From Naegleria gruberi (lineage: Eukaryota), in the NCBI GenBank assembly GCA_000004985.1, contig GG739304.1: a DNA stretch of 1,923 nt, one strand, 5' to 3'. Numbering within the stretch: position 1 is the first letter of the stretch; each line of letters starts with the position of its first letter. The notes under the pieces were generated by a model. That model was not told the origin of the DNA. It was given only the letters and a program-made list of their open reading frames with translations, and did no database searches. The translations under genes and the position numbers were made by a program. This document shows positions 1 through 1,923 of the stretch, piece by piece.

Positions 1-92
1 AATAATAATGATTTAATTCAATTATTAAATATTATTAATGATTTAACAAGTATTTATTATTATAATGAATTTAAAAATCAAGTAAGTTTTTA

Positions 93-113
93 TATTTAAT
101 ATTTAATATTTAA
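93..113. repeat. Short tandem repeat (TATTTAA)×3 in AT-rich spacer
   Basis: Read directly at 93-99, 100-106 and 107-113. This is low-complexity repeat content typical of Dictyostelium intergenic DNA. Confidence 0.6.
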
Positions 114-444
114 TAATTATTTAGACATTTTTAACAAATTTAAATAATATTTCAATACAACATGAAAATGAAGAAATTAAACATTTGACACAACGTTTAT
201 TATTAAAATTATTTATGAAACGTATTAAAAATTATGTTTGGTAATATAATTTATTTAATTTTCATCATTGTGCAACTCTTTTTTATGGACCTACTATGAG
301 AGGCAATATATTTATCATTATGGTCAACTTCTAACACAATAAAAATATTCATGGATGATTTATTCCTTGTTTTAACAATCATTCAATATCATTGAAAAGC
401 AGAATTGTTTAAATCGTCTTTCTGCTGTTGAATTTGGTAAATAA

Positions 445-490
445 TTTTCGAAAATGTAAGCAAATAGTTTTCGAAAATGTAAGCAAATAG
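445..490. repeat. Perfect 23-bp tandem direct duplication (TTTTCGAAAATGTAAGCAAATAG ×2). Each unit contains the 10-bp palindrome TTTTCGAAAA.
   Basis: Read directly: 445-467 and 468-490 are identical with no spacer. TTTTCGAAAA is its own reverse complement. Confidence 0.9.
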
Positions 491-566
491 TTCATCCAGT
501 AGATCTCTCATTTTCCAACAAATTTTAAGAACTGTCAAAAATCTTAATAACGCTTACTTGCCCTTT

Positions 567-776
567 TCATTCATTTGAACGATGAGTAATATAGCTATCT
601 TGAAATTCTAGCATAACAACGAACGTGTTGTGTTGAAGAGCTGCACAGCTGAATTGCCAACAATCGATTGTATTGAATTCAAATACTATTTCAGCTTGCG
701 ATGGAAATGTATTTTTGACAGTATCCAGAGTTAGATACTCTTCTTTTCTAGGAAGGAATTGGATGAAATCATTGGT
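567..776 (-). other. Unassigned open reading segment (70 codons stop-to-stop, no initiating ATG) in a relatively GC-richer block; candidate exon, pseudogene or mobile-element remnant
   Basis: Minus-strand translation: TNDFIQFLPRKEEYLTLDTVKNTFPSQAEIVFEFNTIDCWQFSCAALQHNTFVVMLEFQDSYITHRSNE*. Codon usage is Dictyostelium-like (Gln 5/5 CAA, Glu 4/5 GAA, Asp 4/4 GAT). The overlapping plus-strand open frame uses atypical codons (CGA, GTG, CAG, TTG). It is preceded on the minus strand by a pyrimidine tract plus AG (ttccttcctagaaaag|). There is no recognisable domain and no in-frame ATG near the 5' end. Confidence 0.2.
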
Positions 777-889
777 TTATACCTTGATTCTAATAATAAA
801 CATCATCACAATTTATCTATTTAATACATGTTAATAATATATTCATAATATACAATATATTCTTTAATATAATATAATGAATGATAATT

Positions 890-1492
890 TTATTGTTTAT
901 TACATTTACCACCTTTATCCTTCTTCTTTTTAATAACTTCATTTTGTTTTTTCCATTCTTCATCAACGACAGCCTTTACAGCAGCCTCAAAAACCTCACC
1001 TAAACCAGTTTGTGTTTTAGCAGAACATTCCATATAAGAGAGAGCACCAACTTTCTTTGCTAATTCTTCACCTTCTTTTCTAGTGACAGGATTAGTGACA
1101 CCTAATTGTTTTAAAGTATGAGTATCATCTCTTAAATCTAACTTGTTACCAACAATAATATATGGTAAATCAATATGTGATGTTTCTTCTAATTCTTTTA
1201 CCCATTTATCTTTAACTCTTTCAAAACTCTTTCTATCAACCAATGAAAAGAAAATTAAAAAGATATGAGCACCATTATAACTGATAGGTCTCATTGAATC
1301 ATTATCTTGACCACTTGTATCCCACAATTGTACATTATATCTATTATTTTTATATTCAACAATGGAAGTGAAATTATCAAAGGCTGTTGGTACATGTTCC
1401 TCTGGAAATTCATTCTCTGTATATGATACTAGTACACAAGTTTTACCTACACCTGTATCTCCTATATTTACACATTTAATTGTAGAGTCCAT
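890..1492 (-). CDS. Rho/Rac-family small GTPase (atypical; 200 aa, intronless). G1 GDTGVGKT, switch I T36 (YTENEFPEEHVPTAFDNF), G3 WDTSGQ, G4 NKLD, G5 ECSAK, Rho insert (DDTHTLKQLGVTNPVTRKEGEEL), polybasic C-terminus ending CNKQ.
   Basis: Complete ATG-to-TAA ORF from the six-frame track. I re-translated the minus strand by hand at the N-terminus (ATG GAC TCT ACA ATT AAA TGT GTA AAT ATA GGA GAT ACA GGT GTA GGT AAA ACT) and at switch II (TGG GAT ACA AGT GGT CAA). The protein aligns collinearly with human Rac1 from memory (IKCVxxGDxxVGKTC, FDNF, WDT[AS]GQ, FLIxFS, [TN]KLDLRDD, ECSA). Codon usage is A/T-third-position biased, as in Dictyostelium. A C/A-rich leader sits immediately 5' of the ATG on the minus strand (…aacaaaacaaacaaca ATG). 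Confidence 0.93.
   Translation of the reverse strand: MDSTIKCVNIGDTGVGKTCVLVSYTENEFPEEHVPTAFDNFTSIVEYKNNRYNVQLWDTSGQDNDSMRPISYNGAHIFLIFFSLVDRKSFERVKDKWVKELEETSHIDLPYIIVGNKLDLRDDTHTLKQLGVTNPVTRKEGEELAKKVGALSYMECSAKTQTGLGEVFEAAVKAVVDEEWKKQNEVIKKKKDKGGKCNKQ
896..901 (-). promoter_or_regulatory. Candidate polyadenylation signal AATAAA overlapping the last codons (AAT AAA CAA TAA) of the GTPase gene
   Basis: Plus strand 896-901 reads TTTATT, which is AATAAA on the coding strand. It ends 4 nt before the stop codon (1 nt before the final CAA codon). No other canonical AATAAA lies on the minus strand in the ~120 nt downstream of the stop. Dictyostelium 3' UTRs are short and AT-rich. Confidence 0.35.
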
Positions 1493-1560
1493 TGTTGTTT
1501 GTTTTGTTATATTGTTTTAATTGTTTTAATTATTTTAATTTGTTATTTGTTATTATTAGA
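1493..1560 (-). promoter_or_regulatory. C/A-rich 5' leader / proximal upstream region of the GTPase gene, containing imperfect 9-bp repeats (TTAAAACAA-like on the mRNA strand)
   Basis: The minus strand reads …taataataacaaataacaaattaaaataattaaaacaattaaaacaatataacaaaacaaacaaca|ATG. An A-rich context before the initiator is typical of Dictyostelium mRNAs. On the plus strand the units are attgttttaa (1511-1520), ttgttttaa (1521-1529) and ttattttaa (1531-1539). Confidence 0.5.
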
Positions 1561-1795
1561 TTGTAGTAGTAGTGAATGATTGTTTGACAGCAACACAGTT
1601 GAACACAGACTTGTAGAAGAAGTGGTTGAGCAAAAATGAGAGAGAGCGTTAAAACTTGTCAGACACAATCAAAAATGTGATGATTATTTTTTTTTTAATA
1701 ATGTGATGGAAAAGAGCGGTATTAGAGGATGAAGTTTGACATGCTCTAACGGTAAATCATTGATGGCATTAAAAAGATTCTGAACATTTGATTTA

Positions 1796-1803
1796 TTTTT
1801 ATA
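1796..1803 (-). promoter_or_regulatory. Candidate TATA element (TATAAAAA on minus strand) with an oligo-T run about 25 nt downstream; possible core promoter of the GTPase gene
   Basis: Plus 1796-1803 is tttttata, which is TATAAAAA on the coding strand. It is followed on the coding strand by …caaatgttcagaatcTTTTTaatg. A TATA box followed by a T-run is the usual Dictyostelium core promoter arrangement. This would imply a ~270-nt 5' UTR spanning the relatively GC-richer island at 1560-1760. AT-rich DNA yields many TATA-like strings by chance. Confidence 0.2.
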
Positions 1804-1864
1804 ATTTTAGAAAGGTTGGATATTAATTTAATAAATAGAAATAGAAGAACATACATGTAATATC

Positions 1865-1884
1865 ATTTGAATTTATTTGAATTT
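1865..1884. repeat. Tandem 10-bp duplication (ATTTGAATTT ×2)
   Basis: Read directly: 1865-1874 and 1875-1884 are identical. Confidence 0.6.
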
Positions 1885-1923
1885 AATATTATTTAATAAT
1901 TATATTTAAAATATACTAAATAA

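Noticed and set aside
1-240. Repeated 11-mer TAATGATTTAA at 6-16 and 37-47, and other short AT repeats
   Set aside because: In ~90% AT sequence, 11-bp repeats of this composition are expected by chance or simple slippage. They lie far downstream of the gene's 3' end with no associated structure.
445-490. Reading TTTTCGAAAA as a heat-shock element, or the duplicated 23-mers as a CRISPR-like array
   Set aside because: HSEs need nGAAnnTTCn units with 2-nt spacing, whereas here TTC and GAA are directly abutting. There are only two contiguous copies with no spacers, in a eukaryotic AT-rich genome, so it is not CRISPR.
437-490. Plus-strand mini-intron GTAAAT…ATAG (54 nt) spanning the tandem repeat
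   Set aside because: The splice-site-like strings are present, but all three plus-strand frames flanking it are full of stop codons. Removing it gives …NL|FIQ* immediately. No coding context supports it.
617-757. Plus-strand open frame (HNNERVVLKSCTAELPTIDCIEFKYYFSLRWKCIFDSIQS*) antisense to the minus-strand open segment
   Set aside because: It has no initiating ATG and only ~46 codons. Its codon usage is atypical for this genome (CGA, GTG, CAG, TGC, and TTG where TTA is preferred). The overlapping minus-strand frame fits the local codon bias better. It is probably an antisense shadow frame.
560-780. tRNA or other pol III gene in the relatively GC-richer block (and likewise in the relatively GC-richer island at 1560-1760)
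   Set aside because: There is no recognisable A-box/B-box (TRGCNNAGTGG / GGTTCGANTCC), cloverleaf stems or acceptor-stem complementarity. The minus-strand 'cgttcaaatgaatg' only superficially resembles a T-loop.
890-1492. Possible introns inside the GTPase ORF
   Set aside because: The ORF is continuous. It encodes every G-box and the Rho insert in canonical order and spacing relative to Rac1. No frame interruption requires splicing.
1637-1760. Short plus-strand ATG ORFs (MRESVKTCQTQSKM*, MEKSGIRG*) in the upstream island
   Set aside because: They are under 15 codons and point away from any gene in the window. They are indistinguishable from chance. At most they would be uORF-like if the region is transcribed on the other strand, and they are on the wrong strand for that.

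Overview
This window looks like amoebozoan (Dictyostelium-like) nuclear DNA. It is extremely AT-rich and non-coding outside one gene. The 5' leader directly before the ATG is oligo-A/C-rich, and the coding sequence shows strong A/T third-position bias (Q=CAA, K=AAA, G=GGT). The organism is inferred from composition only; no search was possible.

The only confident gene is an intronless 200-aa Rho/Rac-family small GTPase on the minus strand (890..1492). All G-boxes are present in order, with a Rho-type insert. The protein is atypical. It has Thr at the Ras-G12/Rac-G12-equivalent position of the P-loop (GDTGVGKT). It has Ser at the A59 equivalent (WDTSGQ) and a diverged switch II. It has no canonical CaaL box (polybasic + CNKQ). 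These features resemble GTPase-deficient Rnd/RhoH-like proteins.

The gene is on the minus strand, so the upstream/promoter side is 1493..1923. That side contains a relatively GC-richer island (about 1560-1760), a T10 run and a TATA-like element.

Downstream (1..889) is AT-rich spacer. It contains a perfect 23-bp tandem duplication, each copy carrying the palindrome TTTTCGAAAA. It also contains a relatively GC-richer block (about 567-776) that is open for 70 codons on the minus strand with Dictyostelium-like codon usage but has no start codon. That block could be an unannotated exon, a pseudogene or a mobile-element remnant.

No RNA genes, CRISPR arrays or prokaryotic-type systems are evident.
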